In this document: positions 26,413-36,827 of the stretch, one piece after another
How the letters are laid out: every line of letters starts with the position of its first letter
Position numbering within the stretch: the first letter of the stretch is position 1
NCBI GenBank assembly: GCA_964495695.1
Contig: CAZBWR010000011.1
Location: 1,032 to 65,031 of the forward strand
Length of the DNA: 64,000 bases
Reading direction: 5' to 3'
DNA from: an uncultured Chitinophagales bacterium
Lineage (GTDB): Bacteria > Bacteroidota > Ignavibacteria > UBA10030 > UBA6906
Made by a program: the position numbers and the translations under genes
The notes under the pieces: model-generated
The model's input: only the letters and a program-made list of their open reading frames with translations
What the model was told of the DNA's origin: nothing
The model's database searches: none

Positions 26413-28605
26413 ATGAGATTGCGTAACACATCGGCAACACAAGCATCCCGTCCCGTGCCCGTCCGGCACGAGGGCTGGCGGCGTGTTCTTGTGTTGAAGA
26501 TTGCGTTGCTTCTGTTTTTCGGGCTGGTGGCGATGCGCCTCGTGCAGATCCAGGCGATAGACGCTCCTAAGTACAGGGCAATTGCAAAAAATCAATATCA
26601 ATCGGAAGTTCCGCTGCTGGCGTCGCGCGGCAGCATCTACGACCGCAATGGCAACATCCTCGTCTCAAATGCCGTTACGGTATCCTTCGGTGCCGATCCA
26701 ACCCTGGTGGGCGACAGGGCAGGCGCCCTTGCGGAGCGTTTCGCCCGCGTCTTCAAGAAACCGAAAGAAGAATATCTTGAAAAACTCCGTCCCAAGACAT
26801 TTGTGGGGAAGGATGGAAAGCGGCGGCCGAAGCGGTTCGAGTGGCTGGAGCGTAGGGTCAGGGCCGATGTCGCCGCGCTCATCAACGTGAGCGACATCGA
26901 CGGCGTCGTCAAAACGAACGAGCCGATGCGCATTTACCGGTACGACGCTGTCGCAGGGCAGGTTCTCGGGTATACGGATATTGATAATAATGGATTGAGC
27001 GGCATCGAGCTGGAATTCAACGAGCAGCTGAAGGGAACAAACGGTTACATCATCATGCAGCGCGACGGACTTGGTCGCCGTCGACCAACGGTGGATTATC
27101 CACGTGTCGAACCGGTGAATGGAAATGACCTTGTTCTCACCCTTGATCTCGCCGTCCAATCAGTGGCGGAAGAGGAGTTGCGAAAAGGAATCGAAAAGAC
27201 GAAAGCCGAAAGCGGACTAGTCGTCATTCTTGAGCCCGTCACCGGTGAGGTGCTTGCGATGGCGAGCTATCCCGGCGTCAATCCCAACCATTACTCACGA
27301 ATGGATCCCGCACGCGCGAAAAACCGGGTTATCGCGGACGTCTTTGAACCGGGATCAGTATTCAAGGTTGTCACAGTAGCATCGGCAATCGATAAGCAGA
27401 TCATCTCCCCGGATCAGAAGTTCTATGCCGAGAAGGGTAAATATATCGTCAGAGGAAGACCCAAGCCCATCACGGATGTGCATGAATACGGCAACCTTAC
27501 ATTTCGTGACGCCGTCGAACTCTCCAGCAACATCGTCATGGCAAAGGCTGCGGACCTGATTGGTGCAGAGAACCTCTACACTTCTGCAAGGGATTTCGGG
27601 TTCGGCATTCGCACCGGACTTGAACTGCCGGGGGAAGTGAGCGGACAGCTCAAGAAGCCAAAAGAATGGTCGCGCACCACTCTGCACACGATGGCGTACG
27701 GGTATGAAGTGGGTGTCACGCCGTTGCAGATTGCCGCTGCGTATGCTGCGATTGCCAATGGCGGAACGTTGATGCGTCCGTACATTGTGAAACAGATTGT
27801 GAGGGACCAAAGTGAAATTGTCTCTGAAGCCAATCCGCAGTCGATCAGGAGGGTGATTTCGAAAGCATCTGCGGATACGCTGCGGACTTTCTTCCGCGGC
27901 GTAGTGGAACGAGGGACGGCAATGACCGCTAAAAGCCAGGTGGTCAAGATTGCGGGAAAGACAGGGACATCGCGCAAGATCATTGACGGGAAATACTCGA
28001 TGTCGGAGTACACGGCGTCGTTTGTCGGAATGTTCCCCGCCGATGATCCGCAAATGGTGTGTCTGGTGATGCTGGACAAGCCGAGAGCGACGGGATACTA
28101 CGGTGGCGTTGCCAGCGCGCCTATAGTCAAGAACATTGCAGAAAATGTCACGAGCAAACTTGCAGCGCCGCGAACGCAGTTGCAAGATCAGAGATCGGGA
28201 GAGGATCTCGTCGCCATGCCCGACGTCCGGACTCTTGAGCTTGGGGCGGCGTCATCGATGCTCTCTTCGTTGGGACTGAATGTGAGTACTGAAGGGGAGG
28301 GAAACCTTGTGCTTTCGCAAACTCCGGCGCCGGGTACACGCGTAACCCGCAAGAGCGACGTAAAGCTTTCCACGACCGCACTTGGCAGCTCGTCTGTAGC
28401 GGGAAATACAGTTGTGCCTGACCTTAGCGGGCTGACCTTGCGCAGGGCCTTGAACAGATTGACAATTGCAAGACTTGATGTGCGCGTTGAGGGTTCCGGC
28501 GTTGTCGTGTCGCAATCCCCGTTGCCGGGCGAGCAAGTAAAAGGAGGCACACGAGTGGTCGTACGATGCGAGCCGAAACAACACACAACTGTGGCGGGTC
28601 TATGA
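26413..28605 (+). CDS. ftsI: Class B PBP (FtsI/PBP3) with two C-terminal PASTA domains
   Basis: RGSIYDRNG, FEPGSVFK (SxxK), SSN, KTGT, then two PASTA repeats. Confidence 0.95.
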   Translation: MRLRNTSATQASRPVPVRHEGWRRVLVLKIALLLFFGLVAMRLVQIQAIDAPKYRAIAKNQYQSEVPLLASRGSIYDRNGNILVSNAVTVSFGADPTLVGDRAGALAERFARVFKKPKEEYLEKLRPKTFVGKDGKRRPKRFEWLERRVRADVAALINVSDIDGVVKTNEPMRIYRYDAVAGQVLGYTDIDNNGLSGIELEFNEQLKGTNGYIIMQRDGLGRRRPTVDYPRVEPVNGNDLVLTLDLAVQSVAEEELRKGIEKTKAESGLVVILEPVTGEVLAMASYPGVNPNHYSRMDPARAKNRVIADVFEPGSVFKVVTVASAIDKQIISPDQKFYAEKGKYIVRGRPKPITDVHEYGNLTFRDAVELSSNIVMAKAADLIGAENLYTSARDFGFGIRTGLELPGEVSGQLKKPKEWSRTTLHTMAYGYEVGVTPLQIAAAYAAIANGGTLMRPYIVKQIVRDQSEIVSEANPQSIRRVISKASADTLRTFFRGVVERGTAMTAKSQVVKIAGKTGTSRKIIDGKYSMSEYTASFVGMFPADDPQMVCLVMLDKPRATGYYGGVASAPIVKNIAENVTSKLAAPRTQLQDQRSGEDLVAMPDVRTLELGAASSMLSSLGLNVSTEGEGNLVLSQTPAPGTRVTRKSDVKLSTTALGSSSVAGNTVVPDLSGLTLRRALNRLTIARLDVRVEGSGVVVSQSPLPGEQVKGGTRVVVRCEPKQHTTVAGL

Positions 28606-30110
28606 CGCTTTCGCGATTGCTCGAAGGCGTGGCGGTGACGAAGATGTTCCAGACGATGTACGGGAAAATGGTCGTCACACATGACGTGGAAGTCAGCAAT
28701 ATTCAGTACGACTCCCGTAAGGTTGGACGCGGGGATGTGTTTGTGGCTATGAGAGGCACAAATACCGACGGACACGCGTTCATTGGCAACGCAGTAAGCA
28801 ATGGAGCCAAGGTTGTTCTCCTTGAAGACGATAGCGCGCTTCCCGATGCATTCTTCATGCATGCGGGTGTCGTAAAGGTTGTGGTACCGGATGCACGGAA
28901 AGCGCTCGCCGTCATGTCGGCGAATTTCTTCGGACATCCGGACAAGGAGCTCATACTGGTGGGAGTCACGGGCACAAACGGCAAGACATCGACAACACAT
29001 CTTATCAAGTCGATTCTGGAAGCAAACGGAAAAAAGACCGGCTTGATCGGCACTATCGAATACAGGATTGCGGATACGGTGATACCGGCAACACATACGA
29101 CACCTGAGTCCCTTGAACTCTGCGGGTTGCTCCGGCAAATGGTCGATGCAGGATGTGACGCTGCGGTTATGGAAGTCTCCTCCCACTCGCTGGCGCTTCA
29201 CCGCGTGCACGGGCTGAGGTTTGCCGCAGGGACGTTCACAAACCTGACGCAGGATCATCTCGATTTCCATCAGACGATGGAAAAGTACTTCGAGGCGAAA
29301 CAGATGTTGTTCAACCAGCTTGGTTCTGAAGCCGTTGCGGTGACGAACGCGGACGATCCGAGGGGCCATGCTATGGTGGAAGCATCCCATGCGAGAACCC
29401 TTACGTACAGCATCGGCGGGAAGGCAGACGTAGTCGCAGACGATATTTCGTTGAGCATGTCGGGCACACAGTTTAAGGTCACATACCGGCATCAGACACA
29501 CACGGTCACCGCTTCTCTGATTGGAAGGTTTAATGCTCAGAACATCCTTGCAGCATACGCAACAGGAATCGGCCTTGGCATTCAAGAGGATGTAATCGTG
29601 GAAGGGATACGTGGGATGAAATCGGTGGCAGGACGTTTCCAGCAGTTCACCTCTCCCGCCGGATGGACGGCCGTTGTGGATTATGCGCATACGCATGATG
29701 CACTCGAGAACTGCCTCCGGGCAATTCACGACATCGCCCCGTCGGACAAGCGTGGAAAAATTATCACGGTATTCGGGGCGGGTGGCAATCGTGACAAGAC
29801 GAAGAGGCCCAAAATGGGGAACGTAGCGGCGCAGTACAGTGATGTGCTCGTCCTGACGTCAGACAACCCGCGGCACGAGTCGCCTGACACAATTATAAGC
29901 GATATCCGTGCAGGGATTCCCCAGGGGACGACGGTTCACGTCAATCCCGACCGCCGTGCAGCAATTGCAATGGCATTGGGAATGGCTCAACGTAGCGATG
30001 TCATTCTGATCGCAGGGAAGGGACACGAAGACTACCAGGTCATCGGAGACCAAAAGTCACATCTCGATGACCGGGAAGAAGTAGAACAGTTCATACGGAA
30101 CATGCAATGA
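28602..30110 (+). CDS. murE: UDP-MurNAc-Ala-Glu--meso-DAP ligase
   Basis: DSRKV, GVTGTNGKTS, MEVSSH, DYAHT, SDNPR (DAP-specificity motif), AGKGHEDYQ. Confidence 0.98.
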   Translation: MTLSRLLEGVAVTKMFQTMYGKMVVTHDVEVSNIQYDSRKVGRGDVFVAMRGTNTDGHAFIGNAVSNGAKVVLLEDDSALPDAFFMHAGVVKVVVPDARKALAVMSANFFGHPDKELILVGVTGTNGKTSTTHLIKSILEANGKKTGLIGTIEYRIADTVIPATHTTPESLELCGLLRQMVDAGCDAAVMEVSSHSLALHRVHGLRFAAGTFTNLTQDHLDFHQTMEKYFEAKQMLFNQLGSEAVAVTNADDPRGHAMVEASHARTLTYSIGGKADVVADDISLSMSGTQFKVTYRHQTHTVTASLIGRFNAQNILAAYATGIGLGIQEDVIVEGIRGMKSVAGRFQQFTSPAGWTAVVDYAHTHDALENCLRAIHDIAPSDKRGKIITVFGAGGNRDKTKRPKMGNVAAQYSDVLVLTSDNPRHESPDTIISDIRAGIPQGTTVHVNPDRRAAIAMALGMAQRSDVILIAGKGHEDYQVIGDQKSHLDDREEVEQFIRNMQ

Positions 30111-31510
30111 TACTATCCCCCGACGATCTCTGCGAAATTCCCCATGTGGAATTCCGGAATGTGGAGAAGTTGAAGGGGGAAAAGATTCTCGGTATTTCAA
30201 CCGACTCGCGCACGGTAGCTGAAGGTGACTTGTTCATTGCTCTGCGAGGCGAGAATTTTGACGGACACAGATTTCTTGGGGACGCGTTTGCACGTGGCGC
30301 GGTTGCTGCTATCGTCGAGATCGGTTCATGGATCGATCCGGTTGAAACAATGCCGCTTCTCTTCGTCAAGGATTCGGCAAAGGCACTCGGAGATCTTGCG
30401 CGATGGTACAGGTCGGGATTCTCGCTACCGGTGTTGGCAGTAGGCGGCAGCAACGGAAAGACGACCACAAAGGATATGATAGCTGCGGTTCTGTCCACCC
30501 GCTACCGTGTTCTCGCGACGAAGGGCAATCTCAACAACCATATCGGCGTGCCGCAGACGCTCTTCAGGCTTGAAAAGCAACACCAGGTTGCGGTTGTGGA
30601 GATCGGGACGAACCATCCGGGAGAAATCGAGTATCTCTGCGGCATTCTCGAGCCGACACATGGTATCATCACGAATGTCGGCAAAGAACATCTTGAGTAC
30701 TTCCGGACGTTGCGGGGTGTTGCGAAGGAAGAAGGTGCGCTGTTCGATGCATTGAAGTCGCGCAAAGGCTCGGTGGCCTTTGTCAACGCCGATGATCGCT
30801 ACGTGTCGGAGAAGGCGGCGAGATTACGGGGGAAAGTCACCTACAGCTTGAAAACAAAGCGGGCTTCGGTGTACGGTGAACTGCTGGGGATGGATGATCA
30901 AGGATATGTCACGTTGGGTTTTGCTGCAAAAAGCAACAAGCGCGCAACAACGGTGACATTGAAAGTCCCCGGCCTGCACAATGCAATGAATGCCCTTGCG
31001 GCCGCCGCAGTGGGATTGACATTCAAGGTTTCAGCTCAAAAAATCAAGAAGGCACTGGAAGGGTTCACGGCTACGAGCAAGCGGATGGAAACACTTGATA
31101 TCAACGGCATAGTAGTGTACAACGATACATACAATGCAAATCCGGATTCGATGATCGCTGCTTTGCGAACTCTCGCAGCGGCAAAAGTTCCGGGCAAGAA
31201 AATCGCAGTCCTTGCGGACATGAAGGAGCTGGGCGAAACCTCCGTCCAGGAACATACGCGCGTTGGAAAAGAAGTCGGGGCGCTCGGTCTCGAGTATCTG
31301 CTGACGTTCGGCGACCATGCAAAGATCCTGAACGACGCCGCACGGTGCGGCTTCAAAGTACATTACGAACAAAAGAACATGCTGGCAGAATATCTTGCCG
31401 AGCTCGTTATTCCGGGAGACGCAGTCCTGATCAAGGGCTCACGCAGCATGCAGATGGAAGATGTGGTGGCGTTCCTTCAGGAACGATTCAAATCACGGCC
31501 ATTGGGATAA
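30107..31510 (+). CDS. murF: UDP-MurNAc-tripeptide--D-Ala-D-Ala ligase
   Basis: GENFDGH, GSNGKTTTK, NLNNHIGVP, NDTYNANP, IKGSRSMQME. Confidence 0.98.
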   Translation: MILSPDDLCEIPHVEFRNVEKLKGEKILGISTDSRTVAEGDLFIALRGENFDGHRFLGDAFARGAVAAIVEIGSWIDPVETMPLLFVKDSAKALGDLARWYRSGFSLPVLAVGGSNGKTTTKDMIAAVLSTRYRVLATKGNLNNHIGVPQTLFRLEKQHQVAVVEIGTNHPGEIEYLCGILEPTHGIITNVGKEHLEYFRTLRGVAKEEGALFDALKSRKGSVAFVNADDRYVSEKAARLRGKVTYSLKTKRASVYGELLGMDDQGYVTLGFAAKSNKRATTVTLKVPGLHNAMNALAAAAVGLTFKVSAQKIKKALEGFTATSKRMETLDINGIVVYNDTYNANPDSMIAALRTLAAAKVPGKKIAVLADMKELGETSVQEHTRVGKEVGALGLEYLLTFGDHAKILNDAARCGFKVHYEQKNMLAEYLAELVIPGDAVLIKGSRSMQMEDVVAFLQERFKSRPLG

Positions 31511-31514
31511 TCGG

Positions 31515-32639
31515 ATGTTGACGTATCTCTTCGACATCATCGAAAAAGTCTATGCGCCGCCCGGATTCGGCGTTGTCCGGTACATCACGTTTCGGGCGGC
31601 GGCAGCGGCCGTTACTGCGCTGCTCATTGCCTTCTGGCTCGGTCCGAAAATCATAGCTGCACTCAGGCGTCACCAGATAGGCGAAGCGGCAAAGACCGAG
31701 GCGCCGAAGACACATCTTGCAAAAGCCGGTACACCGACGATGGGTGGACTGATCGTTCTTGCGGCCATCCTTGTCCCGACCGTGTTGTGGGGGACGTTGA
31801 CCAATACATATGTTCTCTTGATCATTTTTGTGACAGTTATGCTGGGCGGCGTCGGATTTCTTGATGACTATCTGAAAGTTGTGAAGAAGAAACCGAAGGG
31901 CTTGATCGGCCGCTACAAAATTGTAGGACAGGTGTTTGTAGGATTGGTGGTGGGTGGAATCATTTACTTCTTTCCGTCGTGGATTGATCCCGATCTATGG
32001 AAGATCAATTCATCGACAACGGTTCCCTTTTTCAAGAATCGTGAGATCGATTTCGGTCTCTTCTACGTGCCGATGGTGATATTTGTGATCGTTGCGACAT
32101 CAAATGCCGTGAATCTCACGGACGGGCTCGACGGGCTCGCAATCGGAACGACAGCCATTGTTGCTCTCACGCTTGCAGTCATTACGTATGTATCCGGCAA
32201 TTCCTTACTCAGCAACTATCTTACCATTCCATTTCTGCGGGGAAACGGGGAGTTGGCAATCTTTTGTGCCGCGATGTTCGGCGCGGCGATCGGATTCCTA
32301 TGGTTCAATGCGTACCCCGCACAAGTGTTCATGGGGGATACCGGGTCACTTGCGCTCGGTGGTGCGATCGGAGCTCTTTGTGTACTGATAAAAAAAGAAC
32401 TCCTGTTGCCGACTCTCGGTGGAGTGTTCTTCGTGGAAACGCTCTCCGTTATCATGCAGCGGGGATATTTCAAATACACGAAGAAGAAATACGGCGAAGG
32501 GAGAAGAATTTTCAAAATGGCACCGTTGCATCATCATTTTGAGATGCTCGGATGGCCGGAACCGAAAATCGTCACCCGCTTCTATATCGTTGCGATCCTG
32601 CTGATGATTGTCAGTCTCGCGACATTCAAGGTGAGGTAG
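31515..32639 (+). CDS. mraY: Phospho-MurNAc-pentapeptide transferase
   Basis: KAGTPTMGG, GFLDDY, NAVNLTDGLDGL, VFMGDTGS, APLHHHFE. Confidence 0.98.
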   Translation: MLTYLFDIIEKVYAPPGFGVVRYITFRAAAAAVTALLIAFWLGPKIIAALRRHQIGEAAKTEAPKTHLAKAGTPTMGGLIVLAAILVPTVLWGTLTNTYVLLIIFVTVMLGGVGFLDDYLKVVKKKPKGLIGRYKIVGQVFVGLVVGGIIYFFPSWIDPDLWKINSSTTVPFFKNREIDFGLFYVPMVIFVIVATSNAVNLTDGLDGLAIGTTAIVALTLAVITYVSGNSLLSNYLTIPFLRGNGELAIFCAAMFGAAIGFLWFNAYPAQVFMGDTGSLALGGAIGALCVLIKKELLLPTLGGVFFVETLSVIMQRGYFKYTKKKYGEGRRIFKMAPLHHHFEMLGWPEPKIVTRFYIVAILLMIVSLATFKVR

Positions 32640-34007
32640 GTGAAGAAGGAGGAGTTGAACGGCAAACGGGTGAGCATCATCGGGGCGGCCCGCAGCGGCA
32701 TAGCTGCTGCCGCTCTCCTGAAATCAATGGGTGCCGAAGTGTTTGTCAGTGACAGCGCCTCGCGTGAAAAGCTGGCTAAAGCCATCGCCGAACTTGAAGC
32801 GATGAATGTGCGTCATGAGGCGGGGGTGAACTCCGAAGAAGCTCTGAACGCCGATCTGATAATCCTGAGCCCGGGTGTTCCCTCCGACGTGCCCATCATC
32901 AAACGGGCACACGCGGCGGGAATCAAGGTTGTGGGAGAAATAGAACTTGCGAGTTGGTTTTGTCCCGGTCCGATTGTTGCAATCACCGGAACAAACGGAA
33001 AAACAACAACCACAACGCTTGCGGGCCGCATGTTTACTGACGCGCGAAAGCCATGCATTGTGGCCGGAAATATCGGCGAGGCGTTCTCGAAGGCTGTCGG
33101 AGACATGACTCCGGAGCATGCGGCGATATTGGAAGTCAGCAGTTTTCAACTCGACACGATCGGGACGTTCAAACCAAGAGTCGGGGTGTTGCTTAATATT
33201 ACACCTGATCACCTCGACCGGTATGATCACTCGATGGAGAAATACATTGCCTCGAAATGCCGCTTGTTTGAAAATCAACGTGAGGGCGACATCCTCATCT
33301 ACAATATGGATGATGAGATTGTGAAAACACATGTCGAAAGCCGTGTGCACAGTGCCGTACGGTTGCTGCCGTTCAGCACGCAACAGAGCCTTACTGAGGG
33401 CGCGTTCGTCAAAGACAATGTCTTGACTGTCCGTTTGAACAATACGGACACTTCTGTGATTACCGTTGGCGATATCAGTATCAAGGGCATGCACAACCTG
33501 ATGAATGCCATGGCGGCAACCCTTAGCGCGACCGCGCTGGATGTTCCATTCGCAAGCCTTCGAGCGACCCTGCGGAACTTCAAGGGTGTCGAGCACAGGC
33601 TGGAGTTCGTCCGCGAGCTCGACGGTGTCAGCTACGTGAATGACTCGAAGGCGACGAACGTGGACTCGGTCTGGCATGCGTTGCAGAGCTTTCAGTCGCC
33701 GATTGTTCTATTGCTTGGCGGGCGGGACAAAGGGAATGATTACTCGCCTCTTGTCCCCCTGGTGAAATCAAATGTGCGGGCTATCGTTGCACTCGGGGAG
33801 TCGGCGGCGAAAATTGATGAGACATTCAAGGGCGTTGTGCCGCTGAGCTTGGCGACTTCAATGCAGGAAGCAGTGGTGCAGGCCCGCACCCACGCACACA
33901 CGGGGGACGTAGTTCTTCTTTCGCCCGCGTGCGCATCGTTTGATTGGTTCGAGAACTACGAACACCGCGGAAAGGTGTTCAAACAAGAGGTAGCGAAACT
34001 TCAATGA
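32640..34007 (+). CDS. murD: UDP-MurNAc-Ala--D-Glu ligase
   Basis: ITGTNGKTTT, EVSSFQL, DHLDRY, VEHRLE, NDSKATN, LSPACASFD. Confidence 0.98.
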   Translation: MKKEELNGKRVSIIGAARSGIAAAALLKSMGAEVFVSDSASREKLAKAIAELEAMNVRHEAGVNSEEALNADLIILSPGVPSDVPIIKRAHAAGIKVVGEIELASWFCPGPIVAITGTNGKTTTTTLAGRMFTDARKPCIVAGNIGEAFSKAVGDMTPEHAAILEVSSFQLDTIGTFKPRVGVLLNITPDHLDRYDHSMEKYIASKCRLFENQREGDILIYNMDDEIVKTHVESRVHSAVRLLPFSTQQSLTEGAFVKDNVLTVRLNNTDTSVITVGDISIKGMHNLMNAMAATLSATALDVPFASLRATLRNFKGVEHRLEFVRELDGVSYVNDSKATNVDSVWHALQSFQSPIVLLLGGRDKGNDYSPLVPLVKSNVRAIVALGESAAKIDETFKGVVPLSLATSMQEAVVQARTHAHTGDVVLLSPACASFDWFENYEHRGKVFKQEVAKLQ

Positions 34008-35176
34008 AGATAAAGCGGAACCATATTGATCTCAAGACGCTGAGTAGCGTGCTCGTCCTGATGGTGCTCGGGCTTGCTGTAGTGTATAGTGCGAGTTCAA
34101 CGCGTGCGCTCGAGAGAAGCGGCTCTACGGAAGCGCTTCTCTTTCTCCATGCGATCAAAGTCCTGGTGGGGTTCGCAGCAATCTTCATTGTCATGAATAT
34201 CGACTACAAAAAATACAAGAAGATCAGCAAAGCAGTGCTGATCGGGTCGATCGGCCTCCTGTTACTGACCCTTGCCTTCGGCGGCGAGATGAAAGGTGCG
34301 ACGCGTTGGATCCGGCTCGGCGGTTTTGGGCTTCAACCGTCGGAGATCGCGAAGTACGCGCTCATCTTTCACATTTGCACACTCATCGCCACGAAGGGAG
34401 AGAAGATCGGGGATTTCAAGAAGGGCTTCCTGCCGATGATAATCTGGATCGGCATGGTGACCGGGCTGGTGCTGTTGCAGCCGAATTTCAGCACCGGTGC
34501 CATGATTGTCGCCATCAGCTTTGTGCTGCTCTTCGTCGGGCAGACGAAGCTGTCGCACATCGGGCTTACGGTTCTGACTGTTGTGCCGCTGCTCGGCCTC
34601 TACATGATCAGCGCACCGTATCGCATGAAGCGCATCATGTCGTATATCGGTTTTGCCGAAGATGGCATCAATACTACCAATCATCAGTTGCGCCAGGGAA
34701 TCATTGCATTCGGGAACGGCGGCATCTTCGGAGTCGGACCGGGTGAAAGCCGGCAGCGTGACTTCTTCCTGCCCGAGTCATATGGCGACTTTGTTTTTTC
34801 GATCGTGGGGGAAGAATACGGCTTGATCGGCACGCTGGTAATGATGACGCTCTTCCTCATCATCATGCTGAGGGGAATAAAGATTGCAAAGCACGCCCCC
34901 GATGCCTTCGGCAAGTATCTTGCTATCGGGATAACGGCGTCCATCACCCTGTATGCGCTTATCAATGCGTCGGTTACGCTCGGGATCCTCCCAACGACAG
35001 GTCTGCCGATGCCGTTTGTAAGTTATGGAGGATCGTCGATGCTGTCTTCGTCGGTGGCGATCGGTGTGCTGTTGAACATCTCGTCGCAGACGGATCTGAA
35101 TCCCAGGTTCGTTCTGCCGGGTTTCGGTCGAAAGCAGACACCACCGCCGGCGCCTGCAGTCGGGCAGGTGTATTGA
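34004..35176 (+). CDS. ftsW: SEDS peptidoglycan polymerase FtsW
   Basis: GATRWI, QPSEIAK, LPESYGDFVF, TGLPMPFVSYGGSS. Confidence 0.96.
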   Translation: MKIKRNHIDLKTLSSVLVLMVLGLAVVYSASSTRALERSGSTEALLFLHAIKVLVGFAAIFIVMNIDYKKYKKISKAVLIGSIGLLLLTLAFGGEMKGATRWIRLGGFGLQPSEIAKYALIFHICTLIATKGEKIGDFKKGFLPMIIWIGMVTGLVLLQPNFSTGAMIVAISFVLLFVGQTKLSHIGLTVLTVVPLLGLYMISAPYRMKRIMSYIGFAEDGINTTNHQLRQGIIAFGNGGIFGVGPGESRQRDFFLPESYGDFVFSIVGEEYGLIGTLVMMTLFLIIMLRGIKIAKHAPDAFGKYLAIGITASITLYALINASVTLGILPTTGLPMPFVSYGGSSMLSSSVAIGVLLNISSQTDLNPRFVLPGFGRKQTPPPAPAVGQVY

Positions 35177-35186
35177 TGCAGGCGGT

Positions 35187-36302
35187 ATGATGGCCGCACG
35201 GCCGTTACGTGTGATCTTTGCGGGGGGCGGAACCGGTGGGCATTTGTTCCCGGCGCTGGCTATAGCCGATGAGATTCGTAGCAGATACCCGGATGCTGCA
35301 ATCACGTTCATCGGAACGAAAACCAAAATCGAAGCAAGGGTCGTTCCCCGACGCGGATACAGCTTCGAGGCGATCTGGATAAGCGGTATCAGGCGGTCAC
35401 TCTCGATCAGCAATCTGTTGTTTCCGGTGAAGCTGGTTGTGGCGTTGATGCAGGCGCTCTTGATCATGAAACGCCTGAAGCCTGAGGTCGTGGTCGGAAC
35501 CGGAGGGTACGTGTGCGGGCCTCCGCTCTATGTTGCGACGTGGCTCGGTATTCCGACGCTGATCCAGGAACAGAACAGTTATCCCGGTGCAACAACCCGG
35601 GCGTTGGCAGGGAAAGTCGACGAAGTGCATATCTCCTTTGAAGCTTCCCGCAAGTGGCTTAAAGGAGGAAACGTCAAGCTCAGCGGTAATCCCACGGGGA
35701 GACTGCTCGGCACAGTAGACAGAAATATGGGGATATCATTCTTCTCGCTTGACGAGAAGAGGCCCGTTCTGCTGGTGTTCGGCGGAAGCCTCGGGGCAGC
35801 GTCGATCAATACTGCTTTGGAGAATGCACTGCCGGAAATAGTCCGACGGGGGATCCAGGTTATCTGGCAGACAGGGACATCGGATTATGAACGATTGGAA
35901 ATGAGAGTGTCAGGGAAAAGCGAAGTGGAAAAAAGCGTCCGCATTACGAAGTTCATAGACACGATGGAACATGCATACGCTGCAGCAAATCTGGCAGTCT
36001 GCCGTGCCGGCGCAAGCACGCTTGCAGAATTGGCGGTGTGCGGCGTACCGGCGGTGCTTGTTCCGTATCCGCATGCGGCAGCGGATCATCAGACTGTCAA
36101 CGCGCGGACGCTTGTTGAACAAGGGGCTGCCGTGATGATACCGGACAGAGATATTCGAGATCGCCTCCTTCCGGTTGTGAGCGGGTTGTTGGAAAACAAA
36201 GAGGAACTCGCTTCGATGTCGATGCGTGCGCGCAGCCTTGCAAAACCCGACGCCGCATCAACTCTGGCCGATGCAGTCGTGAGAATCGCAGGAGTATCAT
36301 GA
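35187..36302 (+). CDS. murG: Lipid II GlcNAc transferase
   Basis: GGGTGGHLFP, GTGGYV, EQNSYPG, GGSLGA, RAGAST, HQTVNA. Confidence 0.98.
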   Translation: MMAARPLRVIFAGGGTGGHLFPALAIADEIRSRYPDAAITFIGTKTKIEARVVPRRGYSFEAIWISGIRRSLSISNLLFPVKLVVALMQALLIMKRLKPEVVVGTGGYVCGPPLYVATWLGIPTLIQEQNSYPGATTRALAGKVDEVHISFEASRKWLKGGNVKLSGNPTGRLLGTVDRNMGISFFSLDEKRPVLLVFGGSLGAASINTALENALPEIVRRGIQVIWQTGTSDYERLEMRVSGKSEVEKSVRITKFIDTMEHAYAAANLAVCRAGASTLAELAVCGVPAVLVPYPHAAADHQTVNARTLVEQGAAVMIPDRDIRDRLLPVVSGLLENKEELASMSMRARSLAKPDAASTLADAVVRIAGVS

Positions 36303-36811
36303 TGACAGAAGCATACGACAGGACGTTCAAATACAAGCTGGACTTCTACTATCAATCGGCGTTGATCTATCTCGTGACACTTGTCCTGTACGGCGGCATC
36401 AAGGGCAGTTTCGTCGAGAAGGAATTCATCTACGTCATGAATGACCCGATCCTCTATGTTATCATTTTCTTTGTGGTGATATCGTTCGGGGCGCTTATTC
36501 TCAATCGTATCCGGAACCGCCGTCTGATCATCGGGGACGATGAGTTGACGTTCAAGACACGATTCCGCGAGAGGGTCATCAAAGTGTCAGACATAGAATG
36601 GATGCACATCGGGCGGGAGACACGCGTCAGGACGAGCGGACGTTTCCAGGTGATCATTTACAAGCTCAAGGGTAAGAGGAGGCTGTTTCGTATACGCGTG
36701 GGACGGTACGAGAGGGATAAAGAATTGATTGTCGAAATGGAGCGCATTGCGCAACGGGTACCGAAGAGGAAGCGCTCCCGGTGGCGTCGTCGCAACTTTA
36801 CTGATCGTTAA
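36299..36811 (+). CDS. Hypothetical membrane protein (2 TM helices plus a beta-rich, basic cytoplasmic domain) inside the dcw cluster
   Basis: Overlaps the murG stop and fills the murG-murC gap. Two hydrophobic segments. Confidence 0.8.
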   Translation: MMTEAYDRTFKYKLDFYYQSALIYLVTLVLYGGIKGSFVEKEFIYVMNDPILYVIIFFVVISFGALILNRIRNRRLIIGDDELTFKTRFRERVIKVSDIEWMHIGRETRVRTSGRFQVIIYKLKGKRRLFRIRVGRYERDKELIVEMERIAQRVPKRKRSRWRRRNFTDR

Positions 36812-36827
36812 GGAACAGAATCATTTA

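Noticed and set aside
28188-29729. Long antisense ORFs (also 32724-33677, 44614-45987, 51233-52507, 3852-4523, 4948-5646)
   Set aside because: They shadow well-supported genes on the opposite strand, lack motifs and RBS, and are expected from codon bias at this GC content.
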